Below, in pieces: positions 9,556 through 19,368 of a DNA stretch of 64,000 nt. Every line of letters starts with the position of its first letter. Position 1 is the first letter of the stretch. The DNA is taken from NCBI GenBank assembly GCA_947501475.1, contig CANMWA010000009.1:76308-140307 (forward strand). The letters run 5' to 3'. The translations under genes were made by a program, and so were the position numbers. The notes under the pieces are model-generated. The model worked only from the letters and a program-made list of their open reading frames with translations, did not search any database and was not told where the DNA came from. The stretch comes from an uncultured Aquimarina sp. (GTDB lineage: Bacteria; Bacteroidota; Bacteroidia; Flavobacteriales; Flavobacteriaceae).

Positions 9556-9888
9556 AAACTACTATCAATTCAGTGAATGCGTTCGTATATTTATCTACAT
9601 TAAATTATTGATAATGAAGTTATTATGTTTTTTTCGGATAAAAAATGTATCTAAAATAGAAATGAGTATATTTATGACTTAGCAAGTATATATTTTGGTA
9701 CATTTTATCATTAATATTTTAATCTTTTAGCAAAAAACTTTAAGATATTGCATAGTAAACAATACTTTTTTTGAAAAGACGTTTGAATTATTTTAGGGAT
9801 TGGAAGGCAAAAATTAGATATATAACCTATTAAAAAATAAATGGTTATGCCTTTAAATATCTTGTAAATACAAGGAAATTAAGTAAGA

Positions 9889-11550
9889 ATGAACTATAAA
9901 AAAATACTTTATAAAAGTATACTTTTACTACTGTACACAATATCTGCAATTGCTTATCAAGATACTACCATATCTCAAGAGAGTGAAGGAGATCTAAAAC
10001 AGATAGATTCGATTTTTACCCTACATAAAAAAGACCTTGACATTGCCAAAAGAGATCAAGATACTGCAAAAATGGCTCAAGGCTTTTATTATTTATCTAT
10101 TATTACTGATAGTAATATTTCTCAAAAATATAGTGATAGTGTTATAGCATTAACTCAAAACCGTAGTTTTCAGAATTATCCCATGCTAGCCTATCAAAAT
10201 AAAGCTACTATTTATTATAATGAAGGTAATTTTAAACAAGCTTTTGATTATTATCTTAAAACAAATGAAGAAGCCCAGAAATATAATAACGAGTTATACT
10301 TTCACCAGAGTATTAGGGATATGGCAATATTAAAAGCACACGTTGGTGAGCATGAAACAGGATTAGAACCTTTAAAAAAGTGTTATGAATACTTCTCTAA
10401 AATAAAAGAAACAAATTCGCTTGATTATTTGATAACACTTTTTGCATTATCAGACTCATATAATAAACATAAAATGTTGGATTCTGCTACACTTATTAAT
10501 ATGCTAGGAATAGAAGAATCAATACGCTTGGATAATAAGGATTTTGGTGATGGGTTCTATTTTACCTTTAACGAAGGGATTAATCAATACTATAAAGAGA
10601 ACTATCAAGCTGCAAAAGATAGTTTGGATAAATCATTAGATACATTGACCGCGATAGGAGATCTGGCAAATGAAGGAATGGCCTATTATTATTTGGGAAA
10701 AACCTTATCTGCATTGAATGATCAACAAGGGGCTATTAATGCACATAAGAAAGTCGATGAAATATTTCAGAAAACCCCAAGAGTAATTCCTGAGAGTCGA
10801 CAAAGCTATGAAATTCTAATTAGTCATTATAAAAAAATAGGTGATCGTGATAATCAATTAAAATATATCGAACGATTGATTACTATCGATAGTGTTATCA
10901 ATAGTAATTATAAATATTTAATTAAAAATGTAGTACAAAAGTATGATACCCCTAGACTTCTTTCCGAAAAACAAGAAATTATTGATTCGTTAGAAGATGA
11001 TAAAAAGTCATCAACGATGATGAATATTATATTGGTTGTTGTAAGCATATTGTTTTTAAGTTTTTGGATATTTAATTACTTTAAAAGAAGAAATTATAAG
11101 AAAAAATTTCATGAATTGTATTATTCTTCTGCGCAAACCAAAGTTGGTAGACAAGGTTCATTAAATCAAGAAAACCAAGAGCCAATAGGAGTATCTGAAG
11201 AGATTATCGAAGATATATTGCATAAGCTTGATGAATTTGAGAAAAATTTAAACTTTTTACAGCCCGATATCACTACAAGTACACTTTCTAAGACTTTTAA
11301 TACCAATTCTAAATATTTATCTAAAGTGGTAAATAGATACAAAAAGAAAAATTTTAGTGTATATATAAATGATTTAAGAATCGATTACTCTGTAGCAAAA
11401 CTTAAAGAAGATCAAAAGTTTAAACACTATACGATGAAAGCTATTGCTCAGGAAATTGGCTTTAATACAACCCAGGCGTTTTCTAAATCTTTTTATAAAA
11501 AGAATGGAATTCACCCTTCTTATTTCATTAAACAGCTACAAAGACAATAA
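9889..11550 (+). CDS. Transmembrane one-component regulator: signal peptide, TPR repeats, TM helix, AraC HTH
   Basis: N-terminal signal; TPR-like helices (AYQNKATIYYNEGNFKQAFDYYLK, AYYYLGKTLSALNDQQGAINAHKK); TM IILVVVSILFLSFWIF; HTH (LSKTFNTNSKYLSKVVN...INDLRIDY...IAQEIGFNTTQAFSKSFYKKNGIHPS). Confidence 0.9.
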   Translation: MNYKKILYKSILLLLYTISAIAYQDTTISQESEGDLKQIDSIFTLHKKDLDIAKRDQDTAKMAQGFYYLSIITDSNISQKYSDSVIALTQNRSFQNYPMLAYQNKATIYYNEGNFKQAFDYYLKTNEEAQKYNNELYFHQSIRDMAILKAHVGEHETGLEPLKKCYEYFSKIKETNSLDYLITLFALSDSYNKHKMLDSATLINMLGIEESIRLDNKDFGDGFYFTFNEGINQYYKENYQAAKDSLDKSLDTLTAIGDLANEGMAYYYLGKTLSALNDQQGAINAHKKVDEIFQKTPRVIPESRQSYEILISHYKKIGDRDNQLKYIERLITIDSVINSNYKYLIKNVVQKYDTPRLLSEKQEIIDSLEDDKKSSTMMNIILVVVSILFLSFWIFNYFKRRNYKKKFHELYYSSAQTKVGRQGSLNQENQEPIGVSEEIIEDILHKLDEFEKNLNFLQPDITTSTLSKTFNTNSKYLSKVVNRYKKKNFSVYINDLRIDYSVAKLKEDQKFKHYTMKAIAQEIGFNTTQAFSKSFYKKNGIHPSYFIKQLQRQ

Positions 11551-11609
11551 TAATAACCGAAAACTATTTCGTTATAATTTATTGATTTTCAGTTATTTAA
11601 AAAGTGTCA

Positions 11610-11625
11610 TTCCGGAAAACGTACA
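11610..11625 (+). promoter_or_regulatory. Candidate operator TTCCGGAAAACGTACA upstream of the peptide genes
   Basis: Near-identical copy at 9540-9555 (reverse strand); partial TTCCG repeats at about 11641 and 11671. Confidence 0.45.
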
Positions 11626-11704
11626 GGTGGTAGATTAATATTTCCGTTTTTTTATAGAATTATTCATAATTTCCGGTTTGAAAAAACGTAATTACTCAAA
11701 CTCA

Positions 11705-11902
11705 ATGAAAAAAGCAACAAACAAAAAATTAAGCTTAGACAAACTAAATATTACAAAGTTGTCTAAACAAAATACCATTAAAGGGGGGATTGTTTACAAT
11801 ACTTACCAGTTTACCTGTCAAACAGATTTAACGGTAAGACCTCGTGCTACAAATACAACTACAGGTTGCTCAAGTGGTCAATGTGAGGCAGCATTGAATT
11901 AG
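11705..11902 (+). CDS. Small double-glycine-leader Cys/Thr-rich peptide precursor 1 (class I lanthipeptide-like leader KKLSLDK)
   Basis: MKKATNKKLSLDKLNITKLSKQNTIKGG, then core IVYNTYQFTCQTDLTVRPRATNTTTGCSSGQCEAALN. ATG at 11705 aligns with the paralogue start. Confidence 0.75.
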   Translation: MKKATNKKLSLDKLNITKLSKQNTIKGGIVYNTYQFTCQTDLTVRPRATNTTTGCSSGQCEAALN

Positions 11903-11992
11903 AATAGCTCTTTTGTGTATACATTTTATAATTTTTACAAAAAATGTATTACTAAAAACTCAATTTTTATTGTCAAATAATTACTCAAACTC

Positions 11993-12199
11993 ATGAAAAA
12001 AGCAAGAAACAAAAAATTAAGCCTAGACAAATTAAATATTACAAAATTAACTAAACTAAATTTTGTAGTAGGAGGATATGTTGAAAGTCAAGTAATAGGT
12101 GTAAATGGCTGTGAGCCAGATTTAACAGTAAGACCACGTAATACAGGTACGACTGCAGAATGCCCAACTAATGGACAATGTGAAAACGAATTTGCCTGA
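11993..12199 (+). CDS. Small double-glycine-leader peptide precursor 2
   Basis: MKKARNKKLSLDKLNITKLTKLNFVVGG, then core YVESQVIGVNGCEPDLTVRPRNTGTTAECPTNGQCENEFA. The 5' UTR (AATTACTCAAACTC) and leader DNA are duplicated from precursor 1. Confidence 0.75.
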   Translation: MKKARNKKLSLDKLNITKLTKLNFVVGGYVESQVIGVNGCEPDLTVRPRNTGTTAECPTNGQCENEFA

Positions 12200-12243
12200 T
12201 TTTTTTTGTAATCAGTAGATCCTAATACGTATAACGTTTAGAG

Positions 12244-12279
12244 AAAAAAATGTGCACTCAGTCAGGTGCACATTTTTTT
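12244..12279 (+). terminator. Intrinsic terminator after the peptide pair
   Basis: 14-bp inverted repeat AAAAAAATGTGCAC / GTGCACATTTTTTT with an 8-nt loop and a U tract. Confidence 0.8.
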
Positions 12280-12480
12280 ATAATGATAATGTGCTTTTTT
12301 AAGAAAGTATAGCTAGTAGTTAATAACAAATTTAACTAGGAAAAGTAAAATAAAATGATAAATCATAATTAAAACCTCTTATTTTTAAATAACTTTAACA
12401 AAAACTAAGTTTTAGCACTCTATTTTTAAGAATTTCATAATTAAGGGTTTTGTGCAAAACAATACATATTTAAGGGTTTC

Positions 12481-14706
12481 ATGATAAGGTTTTTGATAAT
12501 TTTAATTAGTATTGGCTCAGTTTCATTAAGCTGGGGGCAAATAAATACCAATGAAAAAAAATCTTTTGTAGTTGGTAATACTTCAGAAAAAATTGAGATT
12601 GATGGTGATCTAAGTGAAGCTGTGTGGAGCAAATTAACTCCTGCCAAGGATTTTGTACAGTACTTCCCTTCAGACTCCCTTCCTGCAAAAGCACAGACAG
12701 AAATTTATATGTGTACCGATAAGAAAAACCTATATATCGGTATAAAATGTTATGCGATTGGTAATGATTGGATCGTAAATTCGTTACGCAGAGATTATAG
12801 AGCCGGAGGATCAGATAACATTACCTTTTTGTTTGATACATTTGATGATGGTACCAATGCATTGTATTTTGGAATTAACCCAGAAGGCGTACTTCGTGAA
12901 GGAATCATAAGCAACGGAGGTAATGTATTAAGGGATTTTTCGACCTCCTGGGATAATAAATGGATAGGTGAAGCAAAGAAATATGATGGATATTATACTG
13001 CTGAGCTTGAGATCCCCTTCAGTACATTAAGATACCCCACACCTTCCAAAAAATGGGGGTTTTCTACATACCGTTTCGATTCTCAATCTAATGAAATAAG
13101 TACCTACTCTAGAGTACCTCGTAACCAGATTGTTTTTACGTTGGCATATCCCGCTGATATGATTTGGGAAGAAGAATTAACTACCAAAAGTAGTGCAGTT
13201 TCTTTAATTCCATTTGTGTCGTCTGGTTTTAATAAAAATTTCGAAGATGATACACCTTCAGATGATTTTTTTGAAGCAGGAGGTGATGTAAAAATTGCAC
13301 TAACACCAGGACTTAATTTGGATCTAACGGTTAACCCTGATTTTTCGCAAGTAGAAGTAGACGAGCAGATCACAAATTTGGATCGGTTTGAGATTTTTTT
13401 CCCAGAACGCAGACAATTTTTTCTGGAAAATGCCGATTTGTTTGGTCAGTTTGGTTTTGCCAATATCAATCCGTTTTTTTCTAGACGTATAGGGGTTGCT
13501 GAAGATGTAAATACCGAAGATTTAGTGCAAAATAGAATTTACGGTGGTTTGCGCATTAGCGGAAAAATTGATACCGATACACGAATTGGTCTTTTAAATA
13601 TGCAAACGGCTGCTAGTGATAATCAAGGTATATCAAGTACTAATTATGGAGTGGCTGTGGTACAACGAAAATTATGGACGCGTTCAAATATTGGTATAAT
13701 AGCCGTAAATAAGGAGATTTTTGATTATGAAGAATCCGACACCCTAGATATCAATAGATACAATAGGATGGCTGGTGTAGATTTTAATTATGCAACAAAA
13801 GATAATACCTGGTCTGGAAAAACATTTGTACATGGCACTTTTACACCAGAACAAGATGTGTCAATTGCTCAAGGAAGTACATTAAATTATAATACCAGAA
13901 AATTTGGTGTATTATGGAAACATGAATATGTAGATGAAGATTATAATGCCGAGGTTGGTTTTGTACCCCGTGCTAATTATTATAGAATTAACCCAGTTAC
14001 AGAACTTAGATATTATCCTCAAAACGAGTTTTTAAACAATCATACTTATAGCGCAGAAGGCGATATTTTTTGGCGCCCAGGTTTTGGTAAGACAGATCAT
14101 TTCTTTTCTGCAGGATGGGGAGGAGAGTTTGCAGAAAGGGCTTCTTTTGGCGTAAATCTAAATCATAATTATGTCTACCTATTTGATCCGTTTGATCCAA
14201 CAGGAACAGATTCTCTTGAGCTGGATGCTGATCAGGATTTTTCATATTTCAGTTTTACAGGAAGCTATAGAAGTGATAGGCGGAAAGTATTTAGTTGGAA
14301 TTTTAACCCATATATAGGCGAATATTTTAATGGTTGGCGATATGGGACAAGAGGAAATTTTACTATTCGTTACCAACCCAGAGGTTCATTTTCTCTTAAT
14401 TATGCGGTAAACTTTTTTGATTTACCACATCTTGATGGTGGCAGAGAGACGTTCTTAATTAGTCCGCGAATAGATTATACGTTTTCAAAGAGTTTATTTA
14501 CCTCGCTATTTGTGCAATATAATTCTCAAGATGATAATACCAACATCAATGCACGGATCCAGTGGCGTTTTGCTCCGGTATCAGATCTAATACTTGTGTA
14601 TACCGATAATTTCCTGACCGGAGAAGTAGATCCTTTAGATCGTTTTGCGTTTAATGTACGTACCCGATCTGTTGTGCTTAAAGTTACCTATTGGCTTAAT
14701 TTATGA
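12481..14706 (+). CDS. CBM9-like domain plus DUF5916 outer-membrane beta-barrel protein
   Basis: IEIDGDLSEAVW, GYYTAELEIPFSTLRY, LNLDLTVNPDFSQVEVD and FFPERRQFFLE motifs; signal peptide. Confidence 0.85.
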   Translation: MIRFLIILISIGSVSLSWGQINTNEKKSFVVGNTSEKIEIDGDLSEAVWSKLTPAKDFVQYFPSDSLPAKAQTEIYMCTDKKNLYIGIKCYAIGNDWIVNSLRRDYRAGGSDNITFLFDTFDDGTNALYFGINPEGVLREGIISNGGNVLRDFSTSWDNKWIGEAKKYDGYYTAELEIPFSTLRYPTPSKKWGFSTYRFDSQSNEISTYSRVPRNQIVFTLAYPADMIWEEELTTKSSAVSLIPFVSSGFNKNFEDDTPSDDFFEAGGDVKIALTPGLNLDLTVNPDFSQVEVDEQITNLDRFEIFFPERRQFFLENADLFGQFGFANINPFFSRRIGVAEDVNTEDLVQNRIYGGLRISGKIDTDTRIGLLNMQTAASDNQGISSTNYGVAVVQRKLWTRSNIGIIAVNKEIFDYEESDTLDINRYNRMAGVDFNYATKDNTWSGKTFVHGTFTPEQDVSIAQGSTLNYNTRKFGVLWKHEYVDEDYNAEVGFVPRANYYRINPVTELRYYPQNEFLNNHTYSAEGDIFWRPGFGKTDHFFSAGWGGEFAERASFGVNLNHNYVYLFDPFDPTGTDSLELDADQDFSYFSFTGSYRSDRRKVFSWNFNPYIGEYFNGWRYGTRGNFTIRYQPRGSFSLNYAVNFFDLPHLDGGRETFLISPRIDYTFSKSLFTSLFVQYNSQDDNTNINARIQWRFAPVSDLILVYTDNFLTGEVDPLDRFAFNVRTRSVVLKVTYWLNL

Positions 14707-14811
14707 CTATTACATAGATGCCAGAACACATTTTTCTACAGTAAAGGATCATTTTTCAAATGTAAGTGCTCGTTTTGTTAATGCAAGCCCTTCTTTTTAT
14801 GAATTCTATAT

Positions 14812-15561
14812 TTATCGATGTAATCGATCCAAAATTTCCATGACCTCATTCTTTTTTCTTACCGACACGGGAATGTTTTCTCCGTTTTTTAGCATAAGAT
14901 ACCCTCCGTCGGTTTTAATAAAAGCACTAATACATTGCAAATTAACTAAGTGACTTTGATGTACTCTTAAAAATTGATAGTTCTTAAGCATATCAGCAAA
15001 GTATTTTAAAGTTTTGGTTACAAAAATCTTTTGCTCATCTTGTAGATAAAAAATAGTATTATTACTGTCGGATTCGCAACGTATAATGTCATCTAGATTC
15101 ACAATAATAATTTTATCGAGTGTATGTAATGATATTTTATCGGGTTTTTGCTCTGGAGCCGACAGTGTGTCTTTTAAAATATTTAAACGCTCTCTATTGG
15201 GTTGAATTTGCTCTTTAGCTTTGGCTATGGCTTGCGCTAGTTCTTCATTTGAGTATGGTTTTAGTACATAATCGATAGCAGCAAATTTGAATGCCCTGAT
15301 AGCATATTCATCGCTAGCTGTTACAAAAATGATTTTGGATTTTAATTCAGGAAATATTTCTAAAACATCAAAACCAGTACCATCGCCTAACATAATATCC
15401 AAAAATAGGATATCGGGCTCTGTATTTCTTAATGATTTTGCCGCTTCAACAACACTTTGGGCTGTATCAATAATTTTTATTTCGGGATGATTCGTTTCTA
15501 GATCACTCTTCAAAAGTTGGAGTGCATCTGTCATGTCTTCTACAATAATAGCTGTTAGCAT
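14812..15561 (-). CDS. LytR/AlgR (LytTR) response regulator
   Basis: Receiver motifs IVED, LFLDIML, FVTA and K; LytTR motifs IIRCESDSNNT and FLRVHQSHLVN. Confidence 0.93.
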   Translation of the reverse strand: MLTAIIVEDMTDALQLLKSDLETNHPEIKIIDTAQSVVEAAKSLRNTEPDILFLDIMLGDGTGFDVLEIFPELKSKIIFVTASDEYAIRAFKFAAIDYVLKPYSNEELAQAIAKAKEQIQPNRERLNILKDTLSAPEQKPDKISLHTLDKIIIVNLDDIIRCESDSNNTIFYLQDEQKIFVTKTLKYFADMLKNYQFLRVHQSHLVNLQCISAFIKTDGGYLMLKNGENIPVSVRKKNEVMEILDRLHR

Positions 15562-15568
15562 AATAATA

Positions 15569-18500
15569 TTAATAATCGGTTTGTAATGGGATTTTGAAGG
15601 CTATTTGTGTTCCTGCAACAGTTTTGCCATTAGTAATGATTTCTTTTATATCTAAAGAGTTTTTGCCAGAAATAGATTCTAGCCTTTCTCTGGTTACTGT
15701 TAATGCCATAGATTGATGATCTGTATTGGTTTTTGCTTTCTGTGATTGAAAAATTCCTTGCCCATTATCTTCTACAGTGCAATGTAAGAATTCTTCGGTA
15801 GTATGAAACCGTACTTTTAATTCACCATCTCTACTACCTTTTAAAATACCATGTCGTACTGCATTTTCTACAAATGGTTGAATAAGCATAGGAGGGATTA
15901 ATATTTCTTCGGGATCAAAATCAGAATCTATATGAATATCATAAGTAAAAGACTTATTGGCCATTAATTGTTCTATTTCTACATAATGCTTCAGGGTTTG
16001 TATTTCTTGATCAAGAGTAATATAATCTTTTCTAGAGTTATATAAAGTTTCTCTTAATAAGGTAGCAAAGGTATTGATCGTTGTATTCATTCTTTGCGGG
16101 TTGTTGGTCCCCATAGCTTTAATTCCATTAAGTGCATTAAAGATAAAGTGTGGATTCATTTGTAGACGTAAAGCTTTTTGTTCTAGAGAGAGTAGGTGAT
16201 TTTGCATCTCTAATCGTTTGCGTTCTTCTTTGTTTTTTTGTTTTACTTTACGGATATAGGATAAAGCATATCCACCTAAAATTAATAGTATGGCAGCGAG
16301 AACCGCCAGTTGGAACCAGGTTTTTTCGTATATAGGACTATCAATAAAAAACTGAAATGTAATAGGATCACTCTCTTCCCATCTGTAGTTTCTGGATTGT
16401 GCAGAAAAGGCGTGTGCCCCATAGGCAAGCCCTGCCAGGTTTTGTTTATTATCTGATGACCATGGACTCCATTCAGAATTATTTAACCGTATACGATACT
16501 GTATATCATTGGGGTGATCTAGATCTATCGTTTTATAACTAAATGATAATTCGGTTTGGGTTGGTTTTAGTTTTAAGACATTATTACTATTGGTCCATGT
16601 ATTTAAATTTATAGAGTCTACAGTTTGGTAGGCTACTTCGATATTTTCAAAAAATAACTTGGGTTTTATTGTGGTCTTTGTAGTCTCACTGGGTTCGTAT
16701 TTTGTTAATCCATATATGGCTCCAAACCATAGGTTTCCATTTTCATCTTTGGCAACCGAATTTTGGCAGGTTTCTATTCCTAGGAAGCCATCATTTCTGC
16801 CAAAATGAAATATATCAACAATATCATTAGACTGATTGAGTTCTATTTTATCTACTCCACGTTCACTACCAACCCATAAATTATTTTGATCATCAAAGAT
16901 CATTTGATAGATATTATCCGAATAGGGTTTTTTTCTTCCTTTTAATTTTTTGACAGCAATATTTTCTCCTTTTAATTCAGACCACCATATCCCTCTACCA
17001 GCTGTACCTATATATAATTTACCTTTATGAAAAACTAAGGTGATGATAGCTGTTTTTTGATTTAAAACATTTCCAAAATGGGTAACCTTATTATTTTTGA
17101 TATATCCTAAATGACCATTTTGAGTAGCATACCATACTTTTCCTAAAGAATCTTGCTTCATATAACTAATCTGTAGATCCTTGATGCCATTTCTACGTTC
17201 AAACTTTTTTACATTGGTAATACTATTTTTTTCTGTATCAAATTTAAATCTTACAATACCTGTTGAATATGATGCTGCCCAAATTGTATTATTATTAACA
17301 TGTATTGTTCTAATCCAATCAGATGGTAAGCCTTTATCACGATCTATAATATAATTTTTGAATACTGTTTTTGTAATGGTATCAATCTTTATGATCGAAT
17401 CTGTTTTTGGTTCTTTGGTTTGAACAATGCTGTCAATTTGTTTGATTTCTTTAAAAAGAATCCCTTTACCATCGGTACCTGCCCATATGTTTCCCGAGGC
17501 ATCACTGGTTATGGTTTTGATTTTTACCTCAGATAAACGATCTGTTTGTGGGATGTGGTGTATTTTACCAATTGAATCAACTTTGATAAGACCAGCTTCA
17601 GAATTAGATGCCCAGATATCTTTTTTTGTATTATGAATTGCATATACACGATTACCTTTTAAACCACTATTTTGATCATAATGAATAAAGTTATTCTGAA
17701 AATATTTATAAAACCCACCACCAGAAGTTGCAATCCATATATTTGATTGTTGATCTAAAAGGCTTTTTCTGATATGTGAAACCGTCAAGCCGTTTTTACG
17801 ATTGATTTTCTTTTTTAGTTTACGTTTTTTGGCGTCTATTATAGTAATCCCTTCATTATCGGTTGCAAACCATAATTCATTTTCATTATGTGCAGAGATA
17901 TTATTTACGCGTAGGGGTTTAGCAATCCAACGATTTCCATAAGATTTTGCATTGGTGTTAATTACTAAGACACCTTGGTTAAAGGCTGCTGCAAAAACTT
18001 TGTTTTTATGATAAATAGCAGCTGTAAAATTATGAGCACTATGCCTTTCTATAATACTGGCATCATTACGAATTGCATTAAGTTTCCATAACCCTTTGCT
18101 TGTTGCTACCCAAAATAACCTACCATCAAAAACAATATTACTAATGATACTTGTATTTATGGAAGTGTTTAGCTGTATCTTTTTTAAACCTAATTCTTTT
18201 TGGTATTGATAGATTCCGATATTTGTGGCGAGGTAGGTTTTATTTTTTATACGACATATTTTATTAATTCTAGGGCCTTCAAGATTAGTAAATTTATCTT
18301 TTGTTTTTATAGATAGTCCCCCTTTGGTCCCTATAAAAAGGCTGTCATTTGCAAAAGTAAGCGTGTGGATGTAATTAGATTGCAATCCATCAGTTTCATT
18401 CCAGGTTTTAAATTCTTCACCATTAAATCTAGACAGCCCACCTCCTTGGGTTCCTAACCATAGATATCCTATTTCATCTTGTATAATATCATAAACCTGT

Positions 18501-18622
18501 GATTGCGGTAAGCCGTCTTCTAATGTATATGCTCTTAATTGATTATTCTGAGCAGATAAAGAGCTTAAGGTACTTAATGCCACAAAAGAAAATAAATAAC
18601 ATAAAAATCTATACAGGTTCAT
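15569..18622 (-). CDS. LytS-type sensor histidine kinase with two-component regulator propeller and Y_Y_Y domains
   Basis: GLPQSQVYDIIQDEIGYLWLGTQGGGL repeats, Y_Y_Y region, TM helix, LRLQMNPHFIFNALN, IQPFVENAVRHG, DNGQG. Confidence 0.92.
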   Translation of the reverse strand: MNLYRFLCYLFSFVALSTLSSLSAQNNQLRAYTLEDGLPQSQVYDIIQDEIGYLWLGTQGGGLSRFNGEEFKTWNETDGLQSNYIHTLTFANDSLFIGTKGGLSIKTKDKFTNLEGPRINKICRIKNKTYLATNIGIYQYQKELGLKKIQLNTSINTSIISNIVFDGRLFWVATSKGLWKLNAIRNDASIIERHSAHNFTAAIYHKNKVFAAAFNQGVLVINTNAKSYGNRWIAKPLRVNNISAHNENELWFATDNEGITIIDAKKRKLKKKINRKNGLTVSHIRKSLLDQQSNIWIATSGGGFYKYFQNNFIHYDQNSGLKGNRVYAIHNTKKDIWASNSEAGLIKVDSIGKIHHIPQTDRLSEVKIKTITSDASGNIWAGTDGKGILFKEIKQIDSIVQTKEPKTDSIIKIDTITKTVFKNYIIDRDKGLPSDWIRTIHVNNNTIWAASYSTGIVRFKFDTEKNSITNVKKFERRNGIKDLQISYMKQDSLGKVWYATQNGHLGYIKNNKVTHFGNVLNQKTAIITLVFHKGKLYIGTAGRGIWWSELKGENIAVKKLKGRKKPYSDNIYQMIFDDQNNLWVGSERGVDKIELNQSNDIVDIFHFGRNDGFLGIETCQNSVAKDENGNLWFGAIYGLTKYEPSETTKTTIKPKLFFENIEVAYQTVDSINLNTWTNSNNVLKLKPTQTELSFSYKTIDLDHPNDIQYRIRLNNSEWSPWSSDNKQNLAGLAYGAHAFSAQSRNYRWEESDPITFQFFIDSPIYEKTWFQLAVLAAILLILGGYALSYIRKVKQKNKEERKRLEMQNHLLSLEQKALRLQMNPHFIFNALNGIKAMGTNNPQRMNTTINTFATLLRETLYNSRKDYITLDQEIQTLKHYVEIEQLMANKSFTYDIHIDSDFDPEEILIPPMLIQPFVENAVRHGILKGSRDGELKVRFHTTEEFLHCTVEDNGQGIFQSQKAKTNTDHQSMALTVTRERLESISGKNSLDIKEIITNGKTVAGTQIAFKIPLQTDY

Positions 18623-18705
18623 AAAAGATTAATGAGGTTGATAACAAATATAATCAAACTGTTTTTTGGTAAAGAATTAAATGCTTATTTGTGTAATAAA
18701 ACAAA

Positions 18706-18734
18706 ACCGACATATCTGAATAAGATATGTCGGT
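18706..18734 (-). terminator. Hairpin between the hypothetical gene and the sensor kinase gene
   Basis: 12-bp inverted repeat ACCGACATATCT / AGATATGTCGGT; T-rich tail when read on the minus strand. Confidence 0.65.
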
Positions 18735-18792
18735 ATAATAAACAAAAGTTTCCCCCTTTTTGCTTATCAGATTGAGTTTGTGTTAGTTAAGT

Positions 18793-19368
18793 TTAGTAAC
18801 TTGTCGTAATCGCTGTGGTTTGTGAGGGATATACAGAGCCACCATTCCACGAATAGCTTTGTTTTAAGTTTACATATTTGATATCTGATGTATTTTTATA
18901 AAATGTTTGTGTCTGTAGGATGTTATCTTTTATACCATACTCTTGACTAGGAAATATATATTGAAAATCTGTATCAGAATTTTCACAGTATACATTTTTA
19001 AGTTCTGGCAATGCTACAATAGTATCACCATCCTGTGATACTGTAAAATAATACGCATCGACATGAGCACAACATGCTAAATATTCTACTTCCATCTTAA
19101 TCACCTCAGAGACCCCATCCAGACCGGGGTACTCTAAGGTGGTAATAAATATGTCCTCAAAAAGTTCGGTATCGTCAATGGTTAGGGTCGAAATTTTTTC
19201 GGAGCTATTTCCAGACCTAACCAGATTGACGATTAAAGCAGGAAGTTCTTGTCCCTGATCTTTAATTTCTGTTGTCACTAAATACTTATCAGTTTTAACA
19301 AAATCTTTTTGGGCATAGATATGTTGAAAACTTTGAAACAGAATGATAATTAAGGCAATATTTTTCAT
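18793..19368 (-). CDS. Hypothetical secreted protein
   Basis: Open frame; MKNIALIIILFQSFQHIYAQ signal peptide at the ATG at 19368; Cys motifs LACCAH and VYCE. Confidence 0.65.
   Translation of the reverse strand: MKNIALIIILFQSFQHIYAQKDFVKTDKYLVTTEIKDQGQELPALIVNLVRSGNSSEKISTLTIDDTELFEDIFITTLEYPGLDGVSEVIKMEVEYLACCAHVDAYYFTVSQDGDTIVALPELKNVYCENSDTDFQYIFPSQEYGIKDNILQTQTFYKNTSDIKYVNLKQSYSWNGGSVYPSQTTAITTSY

Noticed and set aside
11705-12199. Complete lanthipeptide biosynthetic cluster
   Set aside because: No lanB, lanC, lanM or transporter gene is in the window; only precursor-like ORFs are supported.
14645-14953. 102-aa + strand ORF
   Set aside because: Overlaps the DUF5916 end and lies antisense to the LytTR gene; no motif; probable shadow ORF.
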